Shown piece by piece: positions 27,935 to 40,299 of a stretch of 64,000 nucleotides of DNA; the stretch's first letter is position 1; each line of letters starts with the position of its first letter. A program made the translations under genes and the position numbers. The notes under the pieces were generated by a model, which saw nothing but the letters and a program-made list of their open reading frames with translations, ran no database searches and was not told the origin of the DNA. The stretch is from NCBI RefSeq assembly GCF_006345805.1, contig NC_043004.1, positions 64,170,001-64,234,000 of the forward strand, given 5' to 3'. Source of the stretch: Octopus sinensis (Eukaryota).

Positions 27935-28130
27935 AACCTATGAAGGTTAGGTGATTTCTTGCCGGACAACTTCACAGATGATTTGTTTATAGTGATCAAA
28001 TATTTGTGTACATATAAGGTCACTTCCTCAATCAGATCGACAATACAGCGCAACGCCTGGTTTGGGGAACGAACTCATGATCTCACAATCATTAATGCTA
28101 CACCCTAGCCGATAAGCCATGCGACTCCAC
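27935..28130 (-). mobile_element. SINE head C with tail V
   Basis: Minus head GTGGAGTCGCATGGCTTATCGG..GAGTTCGTTCCCC, and a tail homologous to 20740-20835. Confidence 0.55.
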
Positions 28131-28182
28131 AATATATTTATATACACGACGGGTTTCTTTCGGTTTCCGTATACCTATATAC

Positions 28183-28214
<32 letters not shown>

Positions 28215-28500
28215 TGTGTGTGTGTGTGTTCCACCATCAGATAACAACTGGTGTTGTAGTGTTTAGGCCCCCGAAACTTAGGAGTTCGACAAAGACATCG
28301 TTACAAAATATGTAACTGGGGCTCGATTCCTTCGAGTAGAACACAGTTCAAGGCGATGCCCAGCAAGGCCGCTGTCTAATGACTGAAACAAGTTGGAGAA
28401 AAGATGAAAGGTAAAAGTGTGTATGTATGTGTATATATATATATATACATACACACACACATAATATAATATAATATATATATATATAGTATATATATAT

Positions 28501-28543
<43 letters not shown>

Positions 28544-29100
28544 TATATATACATACATACATATATACATACATACACACGTACATACATACATACACAT
28601 ACACACAAACATACTTATATACACATGCAAACATATCCTACTTCTACAACATACATACACATACACGCACAATCTACATACACCACGAGTTACAAGCTTG
28701 AACAAGTTTATCAATCAAAGTACTACAGCATAGACGTTAACCCAGTGACACACTTTCTCTGATATTGCCTTTTACAAGAATTTCCAGGCAATTAAATTTC
28801 ACCATTCGTGTTTCTTACCAAACATTTAATAGAATTAAGGTATAGCAAGACGATTTTGTCATGTCGCATCCGTGTCGTTCCAACTACCTATTAAATACAT
28901 ACATACATATATACATACATGAATACGTGTATTTGTGTATGTGTATATATATATATATCCAATTAAAGCACATATATGCTTACACATACACACGTACACA
29001 TATATATGTAATATATGTATGAAGCATACATACATAAATACATATACACAAGCACATATATAGACATATTTATATGTATGTGCATATATGTTTGAATAAA

Positions 29101-29156
<56 letters not shown>

Positions 29157-29225
29157 TATATTCAGATAGACGTATATGCATATATATAATTATGCATAAT
29201 TATTTATGTATGTATACACGTGTGT

Positions 29226-29256
<31 letters not shown>

Positions 29257-29506
29257 GTGGTGTGTGTGTGTGTGTTTACATATCTATCGAATTAAATACA
29301 TACTTGGATATATGTATATATATATGTGTTGTGTGTGTGTACAAAATCGAAGATATAGTTACGCATACTTATAGAAGTATAAATGTGTGTGTGTAGCAGG
29401 ATGGCAGCCAAAATCTCATACAGATCTCGGTGTGTATATACACGCGAACAGAATGAAGCACATCCAATCAGAGAGAGAGACATACCAGAGATTTCATGTT
29501 TGTTTC

Positions 29507-29553
<47 letters not shown>

Positions 29554-29923
29554 CCACACACCACATATCTTCTGCCTGATCGATAGACATTAGTTATAAA
29601 CATTAAAGGATGAGAAGATATCTATCTGTCTACGCACAATATACACATCCTGCCCTACGCAGTCTGAAATTCAATTCACAAATGAACACACACACACATA
29701 TACATATATACACACGCACACACAAAGGCATGTACATATACATATATGTCTTTATGTATTTAATGTGTGCGTATGCGCAAAATAAAGATATATATATATA
29801 TATATATATTATATATAAATTATATATATATATATTCACCCATAAGCACTATACACACACACATGCAAAATATTATATCCATATATATATATATATATCT
29901 GTATCCACACGTTTGTGTGTGTC

Positions 29924-29955
<32 letters not shown>

Positions 29956-30361
29956 TGTATGTATGTATGTACGTATGTGCGCGTATATGTGTGTGCGTGT
30001 GCGCAATTTTCTTTCTTGTTTAATGTTTATAACTAATGTATATCGACCGCTGTTTGGCGGTATTTATTCACATTTTTATACGCTGCAATGGTTAATCGAG
30101 GCATTTAATTTACACCAAAGTGAGCCACTAAATTTATTGTTAATATTAACACCCTTAATTCTCACCCGCTTTACGCACCAACCCTTCATTTTATTTTGTC
30201 GACTTGAACACGTATAGGTTCGTAATGGCGTGTATAACGCGTGGATGTTTGTACGTACGTATGTACAGAAGCACATACGTATTACATGACATACGTATTA
30301 TATATATCATTAAACACATGGCATACGAATTTATATAAAATAGAAATAGGTCCTAAACAAG

Positions 30362-30406
<45 letters not shown>

Positions 30407-30467
30407 CACATATATTATATATATATAATATATATATATACATACACGCATATATATATAATATATA

Positions 30468-30500
<33 letters not shown>

Positions 30501-30506
30501 CATAGA

Positions 30507-30546
<40 letters not shown>

Positions 30547-31039
30547 CTCATATGCACATATGTAAAACATCCACATTATATTTGTATCCATACGTATACA
30601 TGTTTGCGCATATAAATATATATATATATGTATAATATGTACCATTTATATATAGTATATCATACATACATGCATATATACATACATGCGTACATACATA
30701 TATACACACACATACACACGCACCCACATACACACACACTGATAAATGTCGAATAGTCCTACCTGCGTATATATACCTTCAATATATAATAGTAAATTTT
30801 TATATACAGATACAATCTTGCAAAAAGATTTTAAGGAATCTTATCAAGATGCAGCCACTCACACACATAAATACATGAACACACACTCACACACACACAA
30901 GCATAGATACACACACACACACACACACACACACACTGACCGACGTCATGTCTTATATCATAAAAGTATTTGAGCGAATAATTTACTTTCTGATGAGCAA
31001 ACAATCTTACCAATTTCAACAAAAATGGCTGTCGATGTG

Positions 31040-31420
31040 ACAGTAACCGCTAAAACATGGTTTCTGACTTCTGCACTAAATTTCATGATATCATAAATAT
31101 TTGGAGAGCAGTCTCCAATATGTCTTGACGTCAACAAGGCTTTTGATAGATTCAACAACAGCATATTGTTGACGAAAATTGTTTCAGTGGATTAGGTTTT
31201 GTTTCAGTAAGAAGAATGTTTTTATTGATGAAACTTACTGAAGCTCAGCAAAAATTATTTAGTGATGCACCCGCCTGCGCACCTATTTTTAGCGCTCTTT
31301 ATATTTTACATAAGCGACATCATAATCACTTCAAAAATCAGAATATTTGCAGGCGATTCTAAGCTTCAGAAATATATCAACAACGGGTGCGTTGACCAAA
31401 TAACACTCCATGGGCAAAAC
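31040..31420 (+). pseudogene. Decayed non-LTR reverse transcriptase fragment (CR1/L2/Jockey-type)
   Basis: ICLDVNKAFDR..ILLTKI at about 31118-31180, then LFLALFIFYISDI..TSKIRIFAGDSKL. The latter corresponds to the LF..YINDI and (Y/F)ADD motifs, with the catalytic D changed to G. Confidence 0.72.
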
Positions 31421-32069
31421 AACATGGCTGAAAGAGAGAAAAACTGAGACCACCATGTTGGAAAATAAGACATACATAAACAACCAAATTCTTTTGCCTG
31501 CAGCAGATTGGCATTCCGCTCAGGTGTGGAATGAGTCTTGCTCTCTCAGATATTTCCAAACTCCGACGTCGTGAGCTTGTAAGAGGCTGTAGTGGCATGG
31601 GGAATCCTGTAAGAGCCTGTCGGCTGGCGGCGGGCATGTTGCAACGGCCCCAGAATTAAGGACAAAGTTGAACAGAAAATTTAATTGGAACTGATTTCTA
31701 ATTCACATTTCACTTTTCGATTCATTAAAATTAATTTCTTCCTGTCGCTTCCAACCCTTCAAAACCGTTTCTTCCATATGTTTACATAGTGGCTTTGATT
31801 TGGGTTCTCTTCGGCTTTCATAGACTAATTCACACATGTCAATCATCTGTTAAATAAATAATCTGTATGCAATTTAAGTGCGACTTCAAAAAAATAGATA
31901 TACACAACAGTTAAACAAACATACATTATATATACATATAATATATATATTATATATATATATTATATATATAATATATTATATATATATATATCAATAT
32001 ATATATATATATATATATATCAGAGTAATCACAAATACAAACAGGGTGGAAAAACTCGAGCACCAGAGG

Positions 32070-32141
<72 letters not shown>

Positions 32142-32167
32142 GAGAGAGAGAGACAGACAGAGAGAGA

Positions 32168-32263
<96 letters not shown>

Positions 32264-32333
32264 AAGACAGATTCACACTCGGATATTACACAAATACTCA
32301 TGTGGAATATAGTACCCTAATATATAGTATGTG

Positions 32334-32650
32334 CGGAGGCGCAATGGCCCAGTGGTTAGGGCAGCGGACTCGTGGTTGGAGGATCGCGGTTTCAATTCCC
32401 AGACCGGGCGTTGTGCGTGTTTATTGAGTGAAAATACCTAAAGCTCCACAAGGCTCCGGCAGTAGGTGGTGGCGACCCCTGTTGTACTCTTTCGACCCAA
32501 CTTTCTCTCACTCTTTCTTCCTGTTTCTTGAGTAACGCTGCGATGGACTGGCATCCTGTCCAGCTGGGGGGAACACATACGCCACAGAAACCGGGAAACC
32601 GGGCCCATGGGCCTAGCTAGGCTTGAAAAGTGCGCATAAATAAATAAATA
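32334..32650 (+). mobile_element. SINE family B, full length
   Basis: GGAGGCGCAATGGCCCAGTGG A-box, GGTTTCAATTCCC B-box, (AAAT)n tail, and a diverged TSD TATATAGTATGT / TATACAGTCTGT. Confidence 0.9.
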
Positions 32651-33304
32651 TACAGTCTGTATTGCACCGTTATATTCGAATATGTCAGTTCGATTGTATT
32701 GATCATAACACGGAGTACAAATCTTATTTTAAAGGAATCGGGAAAACATGGATATTTAAGCACAGAAGTTTGATGAAATGTAAGATTTCCGGCTAGATCC
32801 TAGTCAAAGAGTTATACTTTAATCGTATATTATAATTTGATTAAAGTTAGCTAATAAGAGTTTGTTAGTGTGTCTACACAGGAGAAAATTCAAAACCTGT
32901 TCGAGTGATTGTTTGAAGTTTTAAGCATTTTTTTTTTTTTTTGTATTATATAAGCTGCCAACATGGTTCAGGGTGTCTCATGAAAACGTTAAAAACATTT
33001 AATCTATTATTTTTTAAGCGCGCGAGAACCTATGTTTAATATAGTGCTGCCTGCGAGGTTTCATATATGCCACGGCCAGCATTTTATATCGCTCAAGGAA
33101 GTTGTCTACTGTGAGTTCGACATTTCGGTTCAATTACCTTTGTCAGACCGACTGATGAAGACAACTATGTCGAATCTTCGAACTTATAGTCGATGTTTTT
33201 CTTAAAGAAACAAAATAAAGTGTATTTAAAAATATTTAACAACTGTTCAATTAATATTTGACCGATTTAATTATGTATAACAATGCATAAAGACAAACAA
33301 TTTC

Positions 33305-33337
<33 letters not shown>

Positions 33338-33387
33338 CATACATACATACATACATACATACATACATACATACATGCATACATACA

Positions 33388-33421
<34 letters not shown>

Positions 33422-33965
33422 CATACATACATACATACATACATACATACATACATACATACATACATACATACATGATAATGATTTGCAAACAAGCAAA
33501 CTGGTTTGTGTAAGCGCACGCTACGTACACAGGCATGTGTCTTGAAATTCGATGTTCCTTGTAGAACGTGTGTGTGTGTATGTGTTTGGGTACATGGAAG
33601 GGTGGGTATGTGCGTGCGTGTGTGTACGTGCGTGCGTGTGTTTGCGTGCTGGTAGATATGTCAGCTATCTGTTTTGAAATGAAATCTTATACAAAATACT
33701 TCACCAACCTAAAGATGTTATAATTAGGAAGCGAAATCTGTAAACTATTATTCCTGTGGTAGAATTTAGTTTAACGAGTGAGGCTCGGACTAAATTCTAT
33801 TTCTCTGCCTGTCTGTCTGTCTGTCTGTCTATCGGTCTTTCAGCACATCTGTCTGTTAGTCTGTCCATACATGTGATCTGTCTTTCTCTGTGTATCTGTC
33901 TATCTATTCCTGTTTCTATATAGTTTTTTGTTCTATTGACATTTCCCCGTTTCATTGGTCCACGA

Positions 33966-34640
33966 CCGTGGTTCTTAACCGGGGTCCATATAGCCCCTAA
34001 AGATCCATATAAGATTTTGGTGGGATCCTTGCTACAAAATAGTAAATTGGGGGTCCAATATAGTATTTTCAGGACCCTTGAAAAAAGTTTGCTTTAGATT
34101 AATGCATTGGTATGTATCGCAAGAGGAGGCGCAATGGCAGCGGACTCGTGGTCGAAGGATCGCGGTTTCAATTCCCAGACCGGGTGTTGTGTGTGTTTAT
34201 TGATCGAAAACACCTAAAGCTCCACGAGGCTCCGGCAGTAGGTGGTGGCGACCCCTATTGTACACTTTCGCCCCAACTTTCTCTTACTCTTTCTTCCTGT
34301 TTTTTGAGTAACACTGCGATGGCCTGGCGTCCCGTCCAGCTGGGTGGGGGGACACACATGCGCCACAGAAACCGGGAAACCGGGCCCATGAGCCTGGCTA
34401 GGCTTGAAAAGTGCATAAATAAATAAAATAAATGTATTGCAAGAAACAGCTGGGTTTCTTTCTCTAGCATCATACATAGTTCAACCTACACAAGTTAATG
34501 CGTGGAAAACAAAATAGGATTTTATAAAACTTTCATAAAACTAGTTTTATAGTTTTTAAACATCGAATGACTATAAGGGTCCACTGCAATAAAATAGTTA
34601 TTAAAAGGGTCCATACGTGAATAATGATTGAGAAGCCCTG
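33966..34640. mobile_element. hAT (Charlie-like) MITE, longer relative of the 27042 element, carrying a family B SINE
   Basis: Ends CCGTGGTTCTTAACC / GATTGAGAAGCCCTG and shared internal blocks. The 8-bp TSD is not convincingly preserved. Confidence 0.7.
34124..34431 (+). mobile_element. SINE family B inserted in the hAT MITE
   Basis: High identity to 32334. TSD ATGTATCGCAAG (34112-34123) / ATGTATTGCAAG (34432-34443). Short deletion in the A-box. Confidence 0.92.
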
Positions 34641-34692
34641 GCCTACAGACATAAGCAGATTTTTATTCAGTTCTAGCATTCAAACCGCTTCT

Positions 34693-34923
34693 TATTTCTT
34701 TATTGCCCACAGGGGGCTAAACATAGAGGGGACAAACAAGGACAGACAAAGGGATTAAGTCGGTTAGATCGACCCCAGTGCGTAACTGGTACTTAAGTTA
34801 TCGACCGCAAAAGGATGAAAGGCAAAGTTGACCTCGGCGGAATTTGAACTCCGAACGTTATGGCAGACGAAATACCGCTAAGCATTTCGTCCGGCGCGCT
34901 AACGTTTCTGCCAGCTCGCCGCC
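34693..34923 (-). mobile_element. SINE family D, full length and young
   Basis: Perfect 14-bp TSD TTCAAACCGCTTCT at 34679-34692 and 34924-34937. The 3' end carries AATAAAGAAATAA. Confidence 0.92.
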
Positions 34924-35438
34924 TTCAAACCGCTTCTGCGCACGCAGTCGCGTAGTATGAGGGTTGCCAGTAAAGCAAATATTACATGCCCCTAACCTGT
35001 AGACCTTACAGCAATGTTGTTTTAGCAGCATTATAGCACCATCGTCCTCCAGGTATATCAGTGCACCGAGTCCCCTATAATGTCTATCTATTACCAGCAA
35101 ATCACAGCATACGTAATTTAGAATTGGGCCCTTTAGACCCGTGAGACTGCCCAGTGTGCCTTGTGGTTTAAGGCGGCACTAAAGCAGGAGGAAGAAGACG
35201 GGCTTCCGCTTTACCATGCACCAATAATCCACGTTTTTGCTGCTTTGCTTTTCAGCGACTTCGGCCCACCTCATCGGTCTTGGATAAACATCGGTGGCAA
35301 AGAGGAGAGAATGAGGGGGAGAGACTTACATGAAGGGGAGGCAACTGCTTGTTTTCCTCAACAAAATCTTCAAGACTGCATAAACACGTGAAAATGAATA
35401 GCTAACCTTTAATCGACGGAGATCCTACCGTCCTCGAT

Positions 35439-35667
35439 GTAGACCTATAATCGAAGGTTTTCCAGCCGTGACCGTTCCGTCATGTCTTAAACATAGTCAA
35501 TCAAGGAATGCATTATCCAAAATATCCTTCATTCTTATTGTTACCATTCTTGTTTCAATCTCTATAATTTAAGTAGACCTACAATCAAAGAATTTTCAGC
35601 TGTGACCATTCCGTCATGTTTAGGCATAGTATATCTAAGAATACATTATCCGATGTCCTTTATTCTT
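35439..35667. repeat. Diverged tandem duplication of about 95 bp of an interspersed-repeat tail
   Basis: GTAGACCTA.AATC.AAG..TT..CAGC.GTGACC.TTCCGTCATGT at 35439 and 35573. Confidence 0.75.
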
Positions 35668-36224
35668 CTCCTGGTTGTCATTGGTACTTAGTCTCCACCA
35701 TTTAAGTAAACTTTTAATGAAAGATGTTCCAGTTTGTATCTATATCGTATTTTATGATGACAGTGTACAATTTGAGCGAGGGTTAGCTACTATTTCTAAT
35801 ACGACGAACACCCACGTAGAGGTATTTTCTATTGACTTGTGCCCCTTATTTGTTCAACATGCCCATCTAAGAATTATTAAATGGCAGAGGTTTTTTTTTT
35901 ACTTCGATGACCTTCTGACGAGTTACAAAGCTTGGCAAAGCTTTCTCTTGTTGTTATTGTTGTTATTGTTGTTGTCGTCGTCGTCGTTGTTGTTGTGTTG
36001 TTGTTGTTGTTTAACCGCAGGTCAGACCTGATCAAGAAGCAGAACGAAAATCAAAGGAGTTTCTGTACGGAACAACAACAACAACAGTAAAAACGTTTTG
36101 AAAAATCAGGTCAGAAATCTGAGGCGCCTTTCATTTGTAACATCTTATAAAATGGAAGTTGACCTCGATACTTAGACTTATATGTGAGCGTATATATATG
36201 TATATGTGTGTGTGTGTGTGTAAG

Positions 36225-36255
<31 letters not shown>

Positions 36256-36396
36256 ATATATATATATGTATGTATGTATGTGTGTGTAAGTATATATGTA
36301 TATGTATGTGTGTGTAAGTATATATATATAGTAATATATATATATGTACATGTATGTGTGTGTATATAATATATATGTGTGTAATATGTATGTATA

Positions 36397-36443
<47 letters not shown>

Positions 36444-36928
36444 GATGTATGAATAATATATATGTATATATATGAATATATATATATTATAATATAATAT
36501 TACATATGTAATGTATATATACATATGTCTATATATATATATATATATATATATGTGGTGTGTGAGTGTGTGGTGTGTGTGTGTATGTATAAACATGGTG
36601 TATAGTATATATATATATATATATATAGATATATATATATATGTGTGTGTATGTATATATATGAATTGTTGATGCTCGTATGGCAGGCACTAGCGTAACG
36701 GAAACATACTCAACTGGTTATGGCCAAGCAACTGACAAGCAAATCTGTGGTATTGAGCTGAACATTTTGCTGTAACCCATCTTTTATACCAATGTACAAT
36801 GATAACATTTCCATTCAGTTAAGATCAGAAGCCATAAGAACCACTGTATGTATGTATGTATGTATGTATGTACGTATGATGTATGTATGTATGTATGTAT
36901 GTATGTATGTATGTATGTACGTATGATG

Positions 36929-36959
<31 letters not shown>

Positions 36960-37042
36960 TCATAGCACCAATAACAGTTAAGCTTCGTGCAATGGACATA
37001 CTTGATAACGAGGGGGCAGCCATCATCATATATAGTATGTAT

Positions 37043-37290
37043 GTATGAAGCCTCTGCCGCGGACAAATCGGCGTGGCGGTCTCTCACCTAACGAGCGGCA
37101 GCTGCCTTCGAAAAGGACCGGCGACAGTGTCTCGATATTGCAAGAGAAAGGCGTGAGAGGGCATCATCTGCCTCAATCCAGTCGCTGTGAGATCGGTGGG
37201 CGCCAGTGTGCTTCCAGCTTTGGACTGCAGAGTCACATGCGTCTCTCTCTCTCATCGCTGAGAACACAGACTTTGTCGTCATCGGACACC
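37043..37290 (+). pseudogene. RTE (BovB/RTE-X-like) LINE 3' end fragment
   Basis: YEASAADKSAWRSLT*RAAAAFEKDRRQCLDIARERRERA, then a frameshift to CEIGGRQCASSFGLQSHMR. This is the typical RTE C-terminal D.S.WR and C..CGR.C.S..GL.SH.R zinc motif. Confidence 0.8.
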
Positions 37291-37689
37291 GATGCATTAC
37301 TTATCAAGAAGGCAAATATATCAACACTTAATCACAAATATGATCTCTTAGCTATCTGCAAACGTTAAAATTGCTATGCTACGCTGCACGCGTGGGATTT
37401 ATGGTGAATGAGGACAGGAGTTCTGAAAATCGTCGCCCATCACCCTCCACACATAGCCCCCACCACCTATCATCCCTCCCGCTTCAGCATCCACTGTTAT
37501 TTATGTTGTTAGCTTATTCAACATGTGTGGGATGTGGTCAAGTGACTTGCAGCTATGTGGAACAGCTATAAAATGGGAAAAACACCCTTGAAAATCGTGG
37601 CATACATACATACATACATACATACATACAACATACATACATACATACATACATACATACATACATACATACACCACACACACACACAC

Positions 37690-37727
<38 letters not shown>

Positions 37728-37728
37728 C

Positions 37729-37806
<78 letters not shown>

Positions 37807-37862
37807 AATATATAAATATACATATATGTATGTTCTTTCGTCACACTCCTGTGACCGCATCA

Positions 37863-37929
37863 GTGGTCCTTTGTTTTCTTCTTACCTATTTAGTAAGAAG
37901 AAATAAGTAAGAAGAAAACAAAGGACCAC
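37863..37929. repeat. Hairpin with 29-bp arms (one mismatch) and a 9-nt loop
   Basis: GTGGTCCTTTGTTTTCTTCTTACCTATTT-AGTAAGAAG-AAATAAGTAAGAAGAAAACAAAGGACCAC. Confidence 0.95.
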
Positions 37930-38539
37930 ATATATGTATGGGTTACAGCAAAATGTTCAGCTCAATACCACAGATTTGCTTGTCAGTTGCTTGGCCATAA
38001 CCAGTTGAGTATGTTTCCGTTACGCTAGCGCCTGCCATACGAGCATCAACAATTTGACCTCTTTGAAAGTCCGATAGATCTGTCATTTTAGTGAATTTTA
38101 ATTACGCTTTTCTGATGATATCTGGAAAAAAACAACAGTTTTAGCAAAACATATTAATCAACACTAATAATAAATCAAGAAACAAAACTAAACAAGCTTT
38201 TGACGGTTTTATCGATACTTCAAAATTACGATGCTATGATGCTAGGTGTTTCCATTATTTTGTCCAACCCCTGTATGTATATACGTGTGTGCATGTGTGT
38301 GTGTGTGTGTGTGTTTGTGTGTACACACAATATTTGTGTGCATGTATATATATATACACGCCTACTTACATACAATTATTTATATGTTTATGTACACATG
38401 TATGTACGATTGTATCCGTGTATATCTTCTATAATTTTGTTTTGTGTTTGTTTGTTGTTGCTGTTGTTTTCCTGTAAAAGAAATCTACCAATTAGACGAA
38501 GAATTAAATGATACAAAGCGTTTTGTCACTTATTCCAGA

Positions 38540-39335
38540 TGCAACATTTTCTTGGGCTGTTATCAAGCTGCGTTATTACACAGCGAAGCGGCTCTGCACG
38601 CTGTGTGCCTACAAAAACCCTTTTGCTATGCGACCTTGGCCACCCTTGTAATATCTATCATAAATATATTTATATATATATCCCATCACCTCGTTTAAGA
38701 ATATATCATTTGTCACTTCAAGAAATTGTATCAACATTGTTCGGCTTGGTGTATTTAATAATCGTTTTTTTTTTTGTTTTTTTTGATAGAGTGAAAGTTT
38801 GTGAGATCGTAAATGAAAACGTTTGTGAAAGTTTGGATTCTGTTGTAGACACAAAAAGTGATGTAAAATTATTTAGTCTTGTTGCCGCAGGTTTATCTTG
38901 CCAGCAGGAGCCAGTGAGGCTCGACCGAGGAGACAGTAAGCGGGCTGACAGTAAGACAAATTTTTTCCGTTCCGCGGTGATAGGGCTAAACCGAGAGGAC
39001 GGTAAAAGATCTGGCAGTATGACAGCTTTCCCGTTTCGTGGCGATAGGCCCCTCATCTGGGATCCCACATGATGTGACACCTGCTCCAGCGACAACTCGG
39101 GTGTGTTCAGCTGCCAGCCCAGACTCCGCTGCTCGACAGTCTGAAAAAGTATCGGGCGCTCTCTGACAGGTTTATGGCGGTGCCTATGACAGTTGAGACT
39201 TCCGGTGTTCTCGGCTCCTGGGTCAAATCCCTGCTCACTTCTATTGGGTTGGAAATGGCTGTCTGCAAGTGCTAGCCTCGTGAGCAGTGGCGGCTCGTCT
39301 ACAGTGACTGCAGAACTGCAGCACCCCATATTTCC
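38540..39335 (+). pseudogene. CRE-like non-LTR retrotransposon C-terminus with restriction-like endonuclease, decayed
   Basis: LGCYQAALLHSEAALHAV; SLVAAGLSCQQEPVRLDRGDSKRADS; GLNREDGKRSGSMTAFPFRGDRPLIWDPT*CDT; KYRALSDRFMAVPMTVETSGVLG..KSLLTSIG..PRE. This fits EP.GLDRGDGKRPDG.T.FPF..G..L.WD.TC.DT and KY..L...F.P.AVET.GVLG. Stops and frameshifts present. Confidence 0.8.
38718..39329 (-). CDS. Hypothetical 203-aa ORF beginning MGCCSSAV, antisense to the CRE-like relic
   Basis: Open frame from the ATG at 39329 in AAATATGG context. N-terminal myristoylation/palmitoylation-like motif. No recognisable domain; may be incidental. Confidence 0.2.
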   Translation of the reverse strand: MGCCSSAVTVDEPPLLTRLALADSHFQPNRSEQGFDPGAENTGSLNCHRHRHKPVRERPILFQTVEQRSLGWQLNTPELSLEQVSHHVGSQMRGLSPRNGKAVILPDLLPSSRFSPITAERKKFVLLSARLLSPRSSLTGSCWQDKPAATRLNNFTSLFVSTTESKLSQTFSFTISQTFTLSKKTKKKTIIKYTKPNNVDTIS

Positions 39336-39774
39336 ACTCAGTATTATCGATAACATTCAATATAATGAATCCTTTTTTCTTTAATTCTTTCTTTATACTT
39401 GTACATACGAGCACAGTAGTTCACGCGCTGCCGACCCTGGTGTGCTGGTGAAAGGAACTTGTTTCTTTTTTACTCTGCGTGTGTTCTGCTTAAAAACGTG
39501 TTTATATTCTTGAATGTGATAAAGTCTATAATTAGATTATTATCCTGCTTCCAGCTTCAGTATTGCTGCTAGGATTTGAAAAAGTAGGGCAAATTTTCCT
39601 CCCTTATTTTGTGATTTAGGAGGTATTTTTGAAAAACAAGGGGGAATTCGCGGCGATGTTCAGTGAACAAATTAAACACACTACTCAGCAGTGGCTAAAA
39701 CGCGAACCAATTAAGTTTATGTATAAATTTTCTTTTTATATGTTTGTTTCCTTTTACACAATATTCTTATCTAC

Positions 39775-39985
39775 TCTTGGCACAAGACCCGAAATTTTGG
39801 GGGGAATGGGATCCAGTCGATTAGATCGACTCCAGTATGCAACTGATACTTAATTTATCGACCCTGAAAGGATGAAAGGCAAAGTCGATCCTCAGCGGAA
39901 TTTGAACTAAGGACGTAAAGACAAGCGAAATACTGCTAAGCATTTCGCCCGGCGTGCTAACCACTCTGCCAGCTCGCGGCCTTCC
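39775..39985 (-). mobile_element. SINE family D
   Basis: High similarity to 34693-34923 over the head and body, with the alternative (GGCCTTGTGCC-type) tail. Confidence 0.85.
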
Positions 39986-40299
39986 TTTTACACAATATTA
40001 AAACAACGGCTAAACATTTTCTGAAGCTGCACCCCAACTAATTTTATCTACGGGCCGCCACTGCTCGCCATACTTCGGGGGTAACTCCTTTTTCCATTGT
40101 GTTCTCTGGAACTATGATGAGCTTTGAATTACAGAGAATCGCGAATGTAAGAATTCAGGCCACCCTTTTTGAACTTCACACACACAGACAGAGGATGGAG
40201 CTTCTTGGCTATTTCTTCCTCATCGCCAGTCAGTTTCATTTTTCATTAGTCGTGCTGACATGACAAAAATATCTTTTATGTTTAGCTTGTATTAGTCAC

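Larger units (their letters stand above)
36664..38054. repeat. 117-bp inverted repeat pair (36664-36780 and 37938-38054), one mismatch
   Basis: Direct comparison by eye: the arms are reverse complements except GGCACTAG versus GGCGCTAG. Confidence 0.95.

Noticed and set aside
32334-32420. tRNA-like A and B boxes here and in other SINE heads
   Set aside because: They continue into SINE bodies with tails and TSDs and give no complete cloverleaf, so they are not tRNA genes.
23128-38860. Idea that the two CRE-like fragments are one element split by a 15.7-kb inversion, since one ends at HA and the other seemed to start a few codons later
   Set aside because: 38550-38610 encodes LGCYQAALLHSEAALHAV, homologous to a segment already present in the 23128 fragment, so they are separate copies. 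The SINE continuation predicted at the other breakpoint is absent.
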